Positions 1 to 7,809 are shown, counted from the stretch's first letter. The stretch: 48,751 nucleotides of DNA from Candidatus Woesearchaeota archaeon (GCA_964481835.1 CAYZTT010000003.1:1-48751); one strand, 5' to 3'. Numbers and translations are program-made. Notes: generated by a model from the sequence alone, not told the origin.

Positions 1-150
1 TAAGAGCTGAAAGCATCTAAGCTCGAAGCATCCCTCAAAAAGAGATACTACAAGCACTCGCAGAAGACGAGTTTGATAGGAACGGCGTGTAAGTATTGAG
101 GTAACGAGATATTCAGCGTGCGTTTACTAATAGCTTGGAAATTATCAGGT
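1..150 (+). rRNA. rrl: 23S rRNA, 3'-terminal fragment (window starts inside the gene; 3' end approximate)
   Basis: Conserved 23S 3'-domain string GAGCTGAAAGCATCTAAGC at 4-22. It is followed by GAAGACGAGTTTGATAGG...GTGTAAG...TACTAATAG, which parallels the E. coli 23S 3' end. No ORF; no 5S-like sequence recognised downstream. Confidence 0.75.
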
Positions 151-225
151 ATGTCTTGTCTATGTATTTATCTCATTTCTTTTTTAAATGGTTAAATTTA
201 TTAATAGCCGGAGGCCTCGAAAATT

Positions 226-627
226 ATGGGAGAGGCACTATATAACTGGATGTTAGAGGATGTTGAGGATCCTAACTGGAATACCCGCTTAGCGCTTGTT
301 AGGGAAACTGCTGTCAGTGGTCACCCGATAGATCTAGTTGCTTGTTTGCATAGGGTTGTTTTGGCTGCTGTTGAAAGAGATGGTGGTTCTGTAGAGTTGT
401 TTACCAAGGCGGGACTTGCATTTAGAGAGTTGGCTAGATCTTTAGATGGAGGAGTAGATTGCGGGTATGCCGCAAGAGATAGTTTAAGACATTCTTTGGA
501 GTTTTATGCTGAGACCGGGCTACCTTTCAATTATGAGGGGTTGTCTCAAGGAGAGATTATGGAATATCTTAGAGATTTAGATTCGGATATTTCTTTAAAG
601 GAGTTAAGAATTTCTGTAGATAGTTAA
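226..627 (+). CDS. hypothetical protein (133 aa, acidic, soluble)
   Basis: Clean ATG ORF with SD-like ccggagg upstream. No recognisable motif. By eye more G+C-rich and Ala/Arg/Gly-rich than the core genes. Confidence 0.5.
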   Translation: MGEALYNWMLEDVEDPNWNTRLALVRETAVSGHPIDLVACLHRVVLAAVERDGGSVELFTKAGLAFRELARSLDGGVDCGYAARDSLRHSLEFYAETGLPFNYEGLSQGEIMEYLRDLDSDISLKELRISVDS

Positions 628-651
628 CTTTATTAATGTATTTGATATTTA

Positions 652-873
652 TTGATTATGGAGAAATGGGCTAAAGTTTTGGGGATAATTTCTATTGTCA
701 TTTTAGTATTTTTGACAGTGGTATCTTTGATAACTTTTGTTCAGGTTAGTTTACTTAATTGGGATTCAATGGGGATGCTAATTGTTGGATTTTCTATCTG
801 GGTAGGCGGCATAATCATTGCTTTATGGTTGCTTGGATTTTTGATTGCTTGGATTATTAAAAAGGTTAAATAG
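652..873 (+). CDS. small membrane protein (two predicted TM helices)
   Basis: ORF with TTG at 652 or ATG at 658. Two long hydrophobic stretches (ILGIISIVILVFLTVVSLITFV and IVGFSIWVGGIIIALWLLGFLIAWII). Confidence 0.45.
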   Translation: MIMEKWAKVLGIISIVILVFLTVVSLITFVQVSLLNWDSMGMLIVGFSIWVGGIIIALWLLGFLIAWIIKKVK

Positions 874-878
874 TTAAA

Positions 879-886
879 TTTATAAA
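879..886 (+). promoter_or_regulatory. TATA box (TTTATAAA) of the RNase P RNA gene
   Basis: TTTATAAA ends 24 nt upstream of the predicted RNA 5' end at 910. The same octamer recurs upstream of many genes in this window. Confidence 0.45.
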
Positions 887-909
887 GTGTATTCTGGAGT
901 ATATAGATT

Positions 910-1208
910 GTAGGTAAGTGCCTGACTAACCTTTGAGGAGGAAAGTCCGCACACGAATATCGGTCGCTTTTTAAGTCGGGGAAACTCGAGGCAACCGTTC
1001 AGAAATGGCACGTCCTTGTGTTGTTAAACTATGAGGCTTGCGAAGTTCTCTGTGAGGAGGATAAGTTAACCAGCTGAGTAGACATAGGGGAACGATGAGA
1101 CAGCGGGGCACGACTTCGTGCAAGTTCGATTGGAACGCTTAGTCGAATGTCGGGATACACCGTCCATTCAAGTGGGGTGTTAACAGAATGCGGCTTACAC
1201 TTGCCTAC
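910..1208 (+). ncRNA. rnpB: RNase P RNA (archaeal type A-like, about 300 nt)
   Basis: CR-I GAGGAAAGTCCG at 938-949. CR-V ACAGAATGCGGCTTAC at 1183-1198. Terminal P1 helix GTAGGTAAGTG (910-920) pairs with CACTTGCCTAC (1198-1208). GC-rich relative to flanks; T-rich tract follows. Confidence 0.85.
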
Positions 1209-1254
1209 ACTTTCTTTTCAAAAACTTTATAAAGACTTTATTTGTATTCATTCT

Positions 1255-1425
1255 ATGGCAAAAGATCAAGTGAAATTACCTTCCGGGATGGGGGGATTAG
1301 TTCAATATTATGACGAATATAAGAGCAAGATTGAGTTTAAACCAGGAACGGTTATTTTGTTTATAATCTTGGTTATTTTAATTGAAGTTTTATTGCACTT
1401 ATATGGAAATGTTATTTTTAGCTGA
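1255..1425 (+). CDS. secG: preprotein translocase subunit Sec61-beta (archaeal SecG)
   Basis: From the ATG at 1255: MAKDQVKLPSGMGGLVQYYDEYKSKIEFKPGTVILFIILVILIEVLLHL. This matches the Sec61-beta pattern (P-S-x-x-G-L-x-x-Y/F-Y/F-D-E, then a single C-terminal TM). The track ORF start at 1147 lies inside the RNase P RNA and is rejected. Confidence 0.7.
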   Translation: MAKDQVKLPSGMGGLVQYYDEYKSKIEFKPGTVILFIILVILIEVLLHLYGNVIFS

Positions 1426-1427
1426 AA

Positions 1428-1748
1428 ATGATGCCCAATATGAACCCTAGACAGATGCAGAAGATGATGAATAAGCTAGGTATGAAACAAGAAGAAATAC
1501 CTGCTTCTGAAGTAATTATCAAGGGCCCGAAGGACATTATTATTAAAAATCCGCATGTAACTAAGGTTAATATGATGGGCCAGGAAACTTATCAGATAAC
1601 TGGGGACGCTTCTGAAGGATCAGGAATTTCTAAGGATGATGTTTTGACTGTTGCTACGCAAGCTGGAGTGGATGAATCTGACGCTCAAAAAGCTTTAGAA
1701 GAAAGTAATGGTGATTTAGCTGAAGCCATTATGAAATTGCAAAAATAG
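1428..1748 (+). CDS. nac: nascent polypeptide-associated complex protein (NAC domain + C-terminal UBA)
   Basis: N-terminus MNPRQMQKMMNKLGM, a NAC beta-barrel region, and a C-terminal UBA-like DAQKALEESNGDLAEAIMKL. Confidence 0.85.
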   Translation: MMPNMNPRQMQKMMNKLGMKQEEIPASEVIIKGPKDIIIKNPHVTKVNMMGQETYQITGDASEGSGISKDDVLTVATQAGVDESDAQKALEESNGDLAEAIMKLQK

Positions 1749-1782
1749 TTTTCTTTAAAAATAATAGTTAATTACCCTTATT

Positions 1783-2259
1783 GTGGAAGATTTTAAAGAT
1801 AGGTTCCAGGATTCTGTAAAACATTTGAAATTAGCTAGTCATATGTTGGGAGTTACTTATCCATTAGTTAAGGATCCAAGGATGTTTATTGGGATTCTTG
1901 AGAATCTGAGTAAATCCTTGAATGAATGCCTGGATAGTCTCTTATTGTATGAAAGGATGTACAAAAAGATTGGGCCGTATCCAGACAATTTTAATTCAAA
2001 ATTAGACCTTTTTAGGAGAATAATAAAAACTAGATATGACTTTGATGAAACATTGCCCCGGTTTATTTTTGAAATGGATCAATTAGTAAAGAACAGGCAG
2101 AAGGCCCCCGTGGAATTCTCTAGAAAAGGTGGATTTGTTATATGTGATTCAGAGTATAAGACCCGAATATTGAAAATTGAGGAGCTAAAAAGCTATATTT
2201 CAAAGGCAAAAGTTTTTATATTAAAAGTGCATAGTATTATTACACGGAGAACCCAGTAA
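1783..2259 (+). CDS. hypothetical all-helical protein (weak HEPN-like resemblance), paralog of the next gene
   Basis: GTG-start ORF. N-terminal LKLASHMLGV...LENLSKSLNECLDSLL parallels LKRADHLVYV...VKRLIESCNFVILALL of the next ORF. Its stop overlaps the next start (TAATG). Confidence 0.45.
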   Translation: MEDFKDRFQDSVKHLKLASHMLGVTYPLVKDPRMFIGILENLSKSLNECLDSLLLYERMYKKIGPYPDNFNSKLDLFRRIIKTRYDFDETLPRFIFEMDQLVKNRQKAPVEFSRKGGFVICDSEYKTRILKIEELKSYISKAKVFILKVHSIITRRTQ

Positions 2260-2696
2260 TGGATTTATTAGAAGATGCTAGAGAAGAGTTGAAGCGAGCC
2301 GATCATCTTGTTTACGTGAGCTTAAAATATACACGTACCTGCGATATTATAATGAATACGGTGAAGAGGCTCATTGAGTCTTGTAACTTTGTCATACTCG
2401 CTTTGCTCGAGAACCTAAGAGATAAACGTAAAATAGCCAGCATACCGGAGGGCGCGTTAAGCCGGGCAGAATTACTTTTGGAAAAGGATAAAAAATATAA
2501 GAATTATATTAAATTATATCAATTATTAAATAAAATCAAGGAATCTGAGTTTGATAGGCGTGAAGAGTATAGGAAACATGTTACTATGATTTGTCATTTG
2601 GATAGAAGAAATTTAGAGGTTAATGTTCCTACGTTAGAAGAATATTTTAATAAGACTAAAGAGTTTGTAGATATTGTGGAGGATGAGTTAGGTTGA
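2259..2696 (+). CDS. hypothetical all-helical protein, HEPN-like (R-x5-H: RREEYRKH)
   Basis: ORF coupled to both neighbours by overlaps. Contains one Rx4-6H-type motif near the C-terminal third. Family assignment is weak. Confidence 0.45.
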   Translation: MDLLEDAREELKRADHLVYVSLKYTRTCDIIMNTVKRLIESCNFVILALLENLRDKRKIASIPEGALSRAELLLEKDKKYKNYIKLYQLLNKIKESEFDRREEYRKHVTMICHLDRRNLEVNVPTLEEYFNKTKEFVDIVEDELG

Positions 2697-3448
2697 CTGT
2701 AAAAGTTGGAATTTTGTCTGGGAAAGGAGGGGTTGGTAAAACTTCTACTGCAGTAAATATGGCTGCAGCATTATCTTATTTTGGTCGTGATGTTGTTGTT
2801 GTTGATGGGAATCTAAGTACCCCCAATGTTGGTTTACATTTAGGAGTTCCAGTTGTTCCAATTACTTTTCACGATGTTTTGAAAGGGAAAAATAGTTTAT
2901 TGGATTCTGTTTATTTACATCATTCTGGTTTGAAGATTGTTCCTGCAGGTTTATCTTTGCAAGATTTGAGGGATGTTAATCCAGAGAAGATGAAAAATGT
3001 TTTGCCTACATTGGATGGTTTGACTGATGTTGTTATAGTTGATGGTGCTGCAGGATTAGGTAGAGAAACTTTGGGAATAATGCAATCTGTTGATGAATTA
3101 ATTATTGTTACAAATCCTGAATTGCCTGCAGTTACTGATGCTTTGAAAACTATTCGATTGGCTGAAGAGATGGGCAAAAAAGTTAGAGGGGTAGTGTTGG
3201 CTAAATCTGGAGAGAATCATGATATTCCTACAGAGAATATTGAAGGTCTTTTGGAGAAGCCAGTTTTAGGGGAAATCCCGTATGATAAGGCAGTTCGTGA
3301 GAGCTTGATTAAAAGGTTGCCCGTTGTTTTTTCTCATCCGAAAAGTAAATCTGCGGTTGCATATAAAGAGGTTGTTGCTAACTTAGTGGGGATTGAATAT
3401 AGTGAGAAGGTTGAAGGCGGATTTTTTAGTAGGATTTTCAAAAGATAA
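2693..3448 (+). CDS. minD: MinD/ParA-family P-loop ATPase
   Basis: Deviant Walker A SGKGGVGKTSTAVNMAAAL, Walker B VIVDGAAG, and overall MinD-like layout. TTG start overlaps the upstream stop. Confidence 0.85.
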   Translation: MTVKVGILSGKGGVGKTSTAVNMAAALSYFGRDVVVVDGNLSTPNVGLHLGVPVVPITFHDVLKGKNSLLDSVYLHHSGLKIVPAGLSLQDLRDVNPEKMKNVLPTLDGLTDVVIVDGAAGLGRETLGIMQSVDELIIVTNPELPAVTDALKTIRLAEEMGKKVRGVVLAKSGENHDIPTENIEGLLEKPVLGEIPYDKAVRESLIKRLPVVFSHPKSKSAVAYKEVVANLVGIEYSEKVEGGFFSRIFKR

Positions 3449-3478
3449 TTTTATAAATTTTGTTGGGTTTCTGTTTTT

Positions 3479-3748
3479 ATGAAAGCTAAGTATACTCCCG
3501 AAAATCTAGCAGATGATTACGTGTTTGTGATTTCTCCGGATGGCCGAGATTCCTTAGAATATTCGGGAAGAAGAAGAGTTGTTGTTTCAAATGGCCCATT
3601 ATTATTATCCCATTGGAGAGATAACGGGAATCTCCGAGGTTTAATGGTTGATGGGATGGATGATTCTATGCGAAATGCTCTGGAATTGGTACTGGGGCGC
3701 GGCAAAATTGCGGCCAGGGGAGAATTGGGTCAGACACAAGAGGTTTAG
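3479..3748 (+). CDS. hypothetical protein (89 aa)
   Basis: ATG ORF with no recognisable motif. G+C-richer than its surroundings by eye. Confidence 0.4.
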   Translation: MKAKYTPENLADDYVFVISPDGRDSLEYSGRRRVVVSNGPLLLSHWRDNGNLRGLMVDGMDDSMRNALELVLGRGKIAARGELGQTQEV

Positions 3749-3797
3749 TTATTGTCGAAAGTTTTAAAAGTTAGATTTCTGTCTTAATTTTGTTAAT

Positions 3798-3870
3798 GGC
3801 GGTGGTAGTATAGTGGTTAGTACGGAGGCCTGTGGCGCCTCAGACCGGGGTCCGATTCCCCGTCACCGCT
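3798..3870 (+). tRNA. tRNA-His (anticodon GTG), atypical copy
   Basis: Manual cloverleaf. Encoded G-1 (3798); acceptor GCGGTGG/TCACCGC; U8; D stem GTAT/GTAC with one G-U pair. Anticodon stem GAGGC/GCCTC with loop CTGTGGC. T stem CGGGG/CCCCG. The T loop is TCCGATT (C at position 55) and the discriminator is T. No encoded CCA; followed by a T run. TATA-like TTTTAAAA at 3762-3769. Confidence 0.7.
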
Positions 3871-3913
3871 TTTTTATCAAAAACTACTTAAATTAGAGAT
3901 TTAATTTATTGAT

Positions 3914-4516
3914 ATGAAACTTGCTTTATTAGTGCCTTATGTTGCTATGATTATTGGGCTTTATATTTTTAAGAGCGGATGGGTTGCTTTCATTCTTTAT
4001 CACCTTTTGATTTTAGGATTTTTAATTTATAGTAAGAAACTAAGTTCTTGGAGAAATATGTTTAAGGGATTTAATTTGGGTTTTGCTTTTGGATCCATAT
4101 TGTTTGGATTAATGGGGGGAGTAATATTATATTTTTTGAGTCCATATGCAGGAATAGAATCTAAATTATCGATTGTTCTTGCTTCACTTGGATTGACAGG
4201 AGGAATATGGTTGGCCTTTGTGATATACCACTTTTTGATAAACTCCTGGTTTGAGGAATTTTTCTGGAGAGATTATTTGGGCAGTGATAAGAAAGGATTT
4301 GCTTTTTCTGATTTCGTTTTTGCAGGGTATCATTTGTTGGTTTTGGCCTTATTTTTGTCTTGGCCTTGGTTAATACTCTCTTTTGGCATTTTATCTCTTG
4401 CTGCGTGGTTTTGGAGGTATCTCAGAAGGAAGTATAATGGTTTGCTAATGCCTATCTTATCTCATATTGCTGCGGACGCGAGTATAATGTTGGTAGCTTA
4501 TTTCATTTCAATATAG
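3914..4516 (+). CDS. CPBP-family intramembrane metalloprotease (CAAX protease/Abi type)
   Basis: Polytopic membrane protein carrying the family motifs EEFFWRDYL (EExxxR), FAGYHLL (FxxxH) and SHIAADA (HxxxD/N). Confidence 0.75.
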   Translation: MKLALLVPYVAMIIGLYIFKSGWVAFILYHLLILGFLIYSKKLSSWRNMFKGFNLGFAFGSILFGLMGGVILYFLSPYAGIESKLSIVLASLGLTGGIWLAFVIYHFLINSWFEEFFWRDYLGSDKKGFAFSDFVFAGYHLLVLALFLSWPWLILSFGILSLAAWFWRYLRRKYNGLLMPILSHIAADASIMLVAYFISI

Positions 4517-4669
4517 AAAGATTTAAATATATGTTCTGGAGTGTATAGGTTAAGATGGAAAGAATATTAACTGAGGATAATGCGCGGAGAAGCGCTGATT
4601 GTATTCATTGTTAATAGTCTGGACTTTATTTCTAATTTGAACTTTTTTGTTTTAGATAGTTCTATGTAT

Positions 4670-4744
4670 GGCGGCGTTGGTTTAACGGTAGAACGTAGGA
4701 TTGTGGATCCTATAGTCCGGGTTCGATTCCCGGGCGCCGTCCCA
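4670..4744 (+). tRNA. tRNA-His (anticodon GTG), canonical copy with G-1:C73 and encoded CCA
   Basis: Manual cloverleaf. G-1 (4670); acceptor GCGGCGT/GCGCCGT; D stem GTTT/GAAC. Anticodon stem TAGGA/TCCTA with loop TTGTGGA. T arm CCGGG-TTCGATT-CCCGG. Discriminator C, then CCA, then T6 (4745-4750). Confidence 0.9.
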
Positions 4745-4773
4745 TTTTTTCAAAACTTATTTAAATCTGTAAA

Positions 4774-5937
4774 TTGGAGGTTAATAGAATGGAAACGGTA
4801 AAAGGATTTAAGGATTTTTTAGGAGAGGATGCGATTAAGAGGCAGAAGATAAAGGAAGTTTTAGTTAAGAACTTTAATTTGTATGGCTTTGAGCCAGCTG
4901 AGACCCCGATTGTGGAATATGAAGAATTTGTTAGGGGGGATAATGCTAATGATGAAGCCGTTTCTGATACTTTTAAATTAAAAGATAGAGGAAATCGGAA
5001 GTTAGCTTTGAGATATGAATTTACTTTTCAGTTGAAGAGGTTGGCTAAGAATAAGAAATTACCATCTAAAAGATACCAAATTGGAGAAGTTTTTAGGGAT
5101 GAGCCTATTTCGGGGAATAGATTTAGACAGTTTACACAATGCGATGTAGATGTTATTGGGTCTAGTATTAAAGATGAAGCAGAAATCTTGGCTTTGACAT
5201 TTAATGTTCTTAAGGAATTAGGAATTGATGCGGTTATTAATTTTAATAATAGGAAACTATTGAATGAGATTTTAGAGAAAGAAGGAGTTAAGAAAAAGGA
5301 AGAAGTTATTAGAGAGATTGACAAACTTGATAAGTTGTCTGAATCTGAAGTCAAGCAGAATCTAAAAAAGTTTAAGGCGGAGAATGTTTTATCAATATTT
5401 AAGAAACCTGAATCTTTTTTTGAGAAATATGGGTCTTTTGAAGAGGTTAAGAGTTTAAAGAAGCTTTGTGGATTTTATGGTGCAAAGATTAATTTTTTGC
5501 CTTCTTTAGCTAGGGGATTAAGTTACTATAATGGCAGTGTTTTTGAGATAAAAACTAAAGGAATAAAAGAGACTGTTTGTGCAGGGGGATCTTATTTAGT
5601 TGATGGATTTCAAAGCACAGGAATTTCTTTTGGTTTGGAAAGATTAAGTAAATTGGCTAAAGTTGATTTTGAAGATAACCGGGTTTTGGTTGTTGCTTTG
5701 AGTGAGAGCAAAGAACTGTTTAAGAATATACAGAAATTAAGAGATAATGGCATTAAATGTTCTGTTCTATTTGGCAAACCAAGCAAGGCACTGCAATATG
5801 CGAATAGTAAGGGTATAAAGTATGTGGTGTTTATAGGTGAGAAGGAACTCAAGAGTAAGAAGTTTATGCTGAAAGATATGATAAAAGGTAAAGAATCTAA
5901 TCTAGGTTTTGATGGATTAATAAAAAAATTAAAATAA
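4774..5937 (+). CDS. hisS: histidyl-tRNA synthetase (class IIa; alternative start ATG 4789)
   Basis: KGFKDFLGEDA N-terminus. Motif 2 EVFRDEPISGNRFRQFTQCDVDVIG. LRYEFT (His-A like). GGSY...GISFGLERL (His-B/motif 3 region). C-terminal HGTP anticodon-binding-like domain (VLVVAL...KYVVFIGEKE). Confidence 0.85.
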   Translation: MEVNRMETVKGFKDFLGEDAIKRQKIKEVLVKNFNLYGFEPAETPIVEYEEFVRGDNANDEAVSDTFKLKDRGNRKLALRYEFTFQLKRLAKNKKLPSKRYQIGEVFRDEPISGNRFRQFTQCDVDVIGSSIKDEAEILALTFNVLKELGIDAVINFNNRKLLNEILEKEGVKKKEEVIREIDKLDKLSESEVKQNLKKFKAENVLSIFKKPESFFEKYGSFEEVKSLKKLCGFYGAKINFLPSLARGLSYYNGSVFEIKTKGIKETVCAGGSYLVDGFQSTGISFGLERLSKLAKVDFEDNRVLVVALSESKELFKNIQKLRDNGIKCSVLFGKPSKALQYANSKGIKYVVFIGEKELKSKKFMLKDMIKGKESNLGFDGLIKKLK

Positions 5938-5940
5938 AAA

Positions 5941-6219
5941 TTATTTTAGGTCTATTTCGAAACCTTTTGTGTGTTTTACGACTAAATTATATAGCCATGC
6001 AAACAATGCACCTAGTGCAAGTCCTAAAACTCCGTAGAATAATATACCTATTAGGATTGCGGATAATGCTGTAGCTCCAGTTACTTCTGCGGCAGCCGCT
6101 GCATCGAGAAATTTTATTAGAATGATTCCTAGTGTGGTTACTATAAAACCCATAATTGCAAGGACTATGCCCATCACTTTTGATGCAGGCCAAACACCTA
6201 TTTTTTTTATCTCTCTCAT
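5941..6219 (-). CDS. small membrane protein (two or three TM helices)
   Basis: Hydrophobic ORF (GIVLAIMGFIVTTLGIILI; ILIGILFYGVLGLALGALFAWL). Its start overlaps the stop of the upstream small membrane gene. Confidence 0.5.
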   Translation of the reverse strand: MREIKKIGVWPASKVMGIVLAIMGFIVTTLGIILIKFLDAAAAAEVTGATALSAILIGILFYGVLGLALGALFAWLYNLVVKHTKGFEIDLK

Positions 6220-6401
6220 TTTTTACCTCCTTTTTTTGTTAAGAAATATACTAATGCTCCGATGACAAAAGTTAGAGCGATGAAAATAATCCATAGATTT
6301 GAGTGGTGCCTTTTTTTGTGCTCCACCATTATTGCGTCTGTTAACATCCATAGCCAGAATGGAATTCCAAGTATGAATATTATTCCGATAATCAAGTTCA
6401 T
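6216..6401 (-). CDS. small membrane protein, PLD-nuclease N-terminal (PLDc_N)-like
   Basis: 61 aa with two TM helices. The first-helix motif PFWLWMLTDAIM resembles the PLDc_N short membrane family. Overlaps the scpA stop by 4 nt. Confidence 0.45.
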   Translation of the reverse strand: MNLIIGIIFILGIPFWLWMLTDAIMVEHKKRHHSNLWIIFIALTFVIGALVYFLTKKGGKK

Positions 6402-7108
6402 TTTTTTATTGTTATATCGATCTCCTCAAATGGTTTGTCTTGATAAATGTGTATCTTTTTTTGGTTGTCCAAATGTAATAATGGGATGAATGTATATATG
6501 ACATCCTCCTTCCCTTGTGAAGGAAGTAGTTGTGTAAATGTAACTTTATTTTCTTTTTTTAAAAAACTTCTTATTTTTTCATAGATATCTTTGATCTTAT
6601 CTCCAAGATCTATCTTTTTTTCTGGAACTTTTATATGGTCTGGAACTTCTGCTTCTCGAATGTATCTTTGTTTTCTTCTTTTTTCTACTTCCAATGCCCT
6701 TTCTAATGCGAAAACTAAATCGTTTACAGAAACCTTTCTCTTTCTTGTCTGCGGAGTTTTTATAGTTAGCTTTGGATTTACTAATCTTTCTTGTTCTTCT
6801 TGTATGAAATCTCCTGGATCTTCTAATTCTTCGTGCTCATATAATAGGCTATCAAAGGCAGCCATGTTTTCATTCAATAATTTATCCGACTTTATTTTTA
6901 ATAATAGTGAGGCCGCTAAAATTACCTTCCCAGATAGAGAGAAATTGATTTCTTGAAGCTTTTTTACAATCTCAATATATTTTTGAGTTAGAATAGATAT
7001 ATCTATGTCCCAGGGGTTCATCTTTTCAGTTTTAATTAGATCGAAAAGAATAGTTTGCCATGTAATTTCATCCTCTTTTAGGAGCATATCTAAGATCTGG
7101 TCTTGCAT
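6398..7108 (-). CDS. scpA: segregation and condensation protein A (kleisin ScpA)
   Basis: N-terminal WQTILFDLIKTEKMNPWDIDISILTQKYIEIV...SGKVILAASLLLKIKSDKLL matches the ScpA N-terminal signature. C-terminal winged-helix-like region. Confidence 0.8.
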   Translation of the reverse strand: MQDQILDMLLKEDEITWQTILFDLIKTEKMNPWDIDISILTQKYIEIVKKLQEINFSLSGKVILAASLLLKIKSDKLLNENMAAFDSLLYEHEELEDPGDFIQEEQERLVNPKLTIKTPQTRKRKVSVNDLVFALERALEVEKRRKQRYIREAEVPDHIKVPEKKIDLGDKIKDIYEKIRSFLKKENKVTFTQLLPSQGKEDVIYTFIPLLHLDNQKKIHIYQDKPFEEIDITIKK

Positions 7109-7152
7109 AGGAGAATTAGCTATTGGGGATTATTAAAGTTTGTGATTATAAA

Positions 7153-7210
7153 CCCTGGGCAAGTCCCTCCGAAAAGGCACGCGGATGCGTTGTTTAAGAC
7201 TCGCCTGGGG
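7153..7210 (-). ncRNA. candidate structured small RNA or scpA 5' leader element
   Basis: GC-rich 58-nt patch in an AT-rich spacer. On the minus strand GGCGAGUC pairs with GACUUGCC (8 bp, including one G-U that would be a C-A mismatch on the plus strand). An outer CCC/GGG helix and an inner ACGC-AUCC-GCGU hairpin extend the fold. A TTTATAAA box lies at 7248-7255 upstream in minus orientation. Confidence 0.25.
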
Positions 7211-7291
7211 AAAAAGAGGTGATATAATAAAAGTAGTAAATCAGTTATTTATAAATCTTTCGGTATTTGCTACTCTGGAATGGTTACAGAA

Positions 7292-7486
7292 TTATTCGGC
7301 CTTTTTGGCCTTCATTTCCACATAATGGCACTTTCCACAGTATAATCTATCCTTGTGTTCTGCTAAAAACACACCAGATCCACATTTTGGGCAGCTAGGC
7401 TTTCTAGAGATCTTTCCGTCTTTTATCTCGTATTTAGCGTATTTCTTACTCGTTAGCTTGTTCTTCGGTTTTGCTTTCTTTGCCAT
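7292..7486 (-). CDS. rps27ae: 30S ribosomal protein S27ae (eS31)
   Basis: [38 protein letters not shown], a C4 zinc ribbon typical of S27ae. Confidence 0.9.
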   Translation of the reverse strand: MAKKAKPKNKLTSKKYAKYEIKDGKISRKPSCPKCGSGVFLAEHKDRLYCGKCHYVEMKAKKAE

Positions 7487-7808
7487 CTTCTTTTACTTCT
7501 TCCTTTGGTTTTTCAGCAGGCTTTTCTTCAGCTTTTGGAGCTTCTTCTTTTTTAGGCTCTTCATACTTTTCTAATTTTTTTAGTTCTTCAAGATTATTAT
7601 ATGCGTATGCTTTAATTTTCGAGGTACCTTCTCCGTATTGAGTGTAGATCTCTTTTATGACCACTAGATTTTCATCTGCTTTTAGTTCTGTTGCTACTGC
7701 CTTTTTTATCTCACTTGTTTTTGGAGTAGGTTTTCCAATGTGTGGAAACACTGCCATAAGCTCAGTTCTGTCAATTAAATTTGATTTTTCTTTAGAAATG
7801 ATTTTCAT
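7446..7808 (-). CDS. rps24e: 30S ribosomal protein S24e (eS24) with Lys/Glu-rich C-terminal tail
   Basis: [61 protein letters not shown] is S24e-like. A 40-aa KE-rich tail overlaps the rps27ae start by 41 nt. Confidence 0.9.
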   Translation of the reverse strand: MKIISKEKSNLIDRTELMAVFPHIGKPTPKTSEIKKAVATELKADENLVVIKEIYTQYGEGTSKIKAYAYNNLEELKKLEKYEEPKKEEAPKAEEKPAEKPKEEVKEDGKESKTEEQANE

Positions 7809-7809
7809 T

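Noticed and set aside
151-225. 5S rRNA immediately downstream of the 23S 3' end
   Set aside because: The sequence after about 150 is AT-rich with a T-run. It has no GC-rich 5S helix I pairing and no loop-E-like motif.
1147-1254. N-terminal 36 codons of track ORF 1147..1425
   Set aside because: This part overlaps the 3' third of the RNase P RNA, including CR-V and the P1 helix, and has no Sec61-beta similarity. The real start is the ATG at 1255.
4553-4598. Possible C/D-box sRNA (AGATGGA ... CTGA ... GGATAAT ... CTGA)
   Set aside because: The C and C' boxes deviate from RUGAUGA at two or more positions. There is no spacer between D' and C', and no terminal stem. Retained only as part of the unexplained-leader finding.
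4580-4801. 73-aa ORF spanning the tRNA-His gene
   Set aside because: It reads straight through a canonical tRNA (4670-4744) and its T-run, so it is a spurious ORF.
7153-7210. Split-tRNA half or intron-containing tRNA in the rps27ae-scpA spacer
   Set aside because: No T-arm (GTTCRAATC-like), D-arm or anticodon-arm geometry could be built on either strand.
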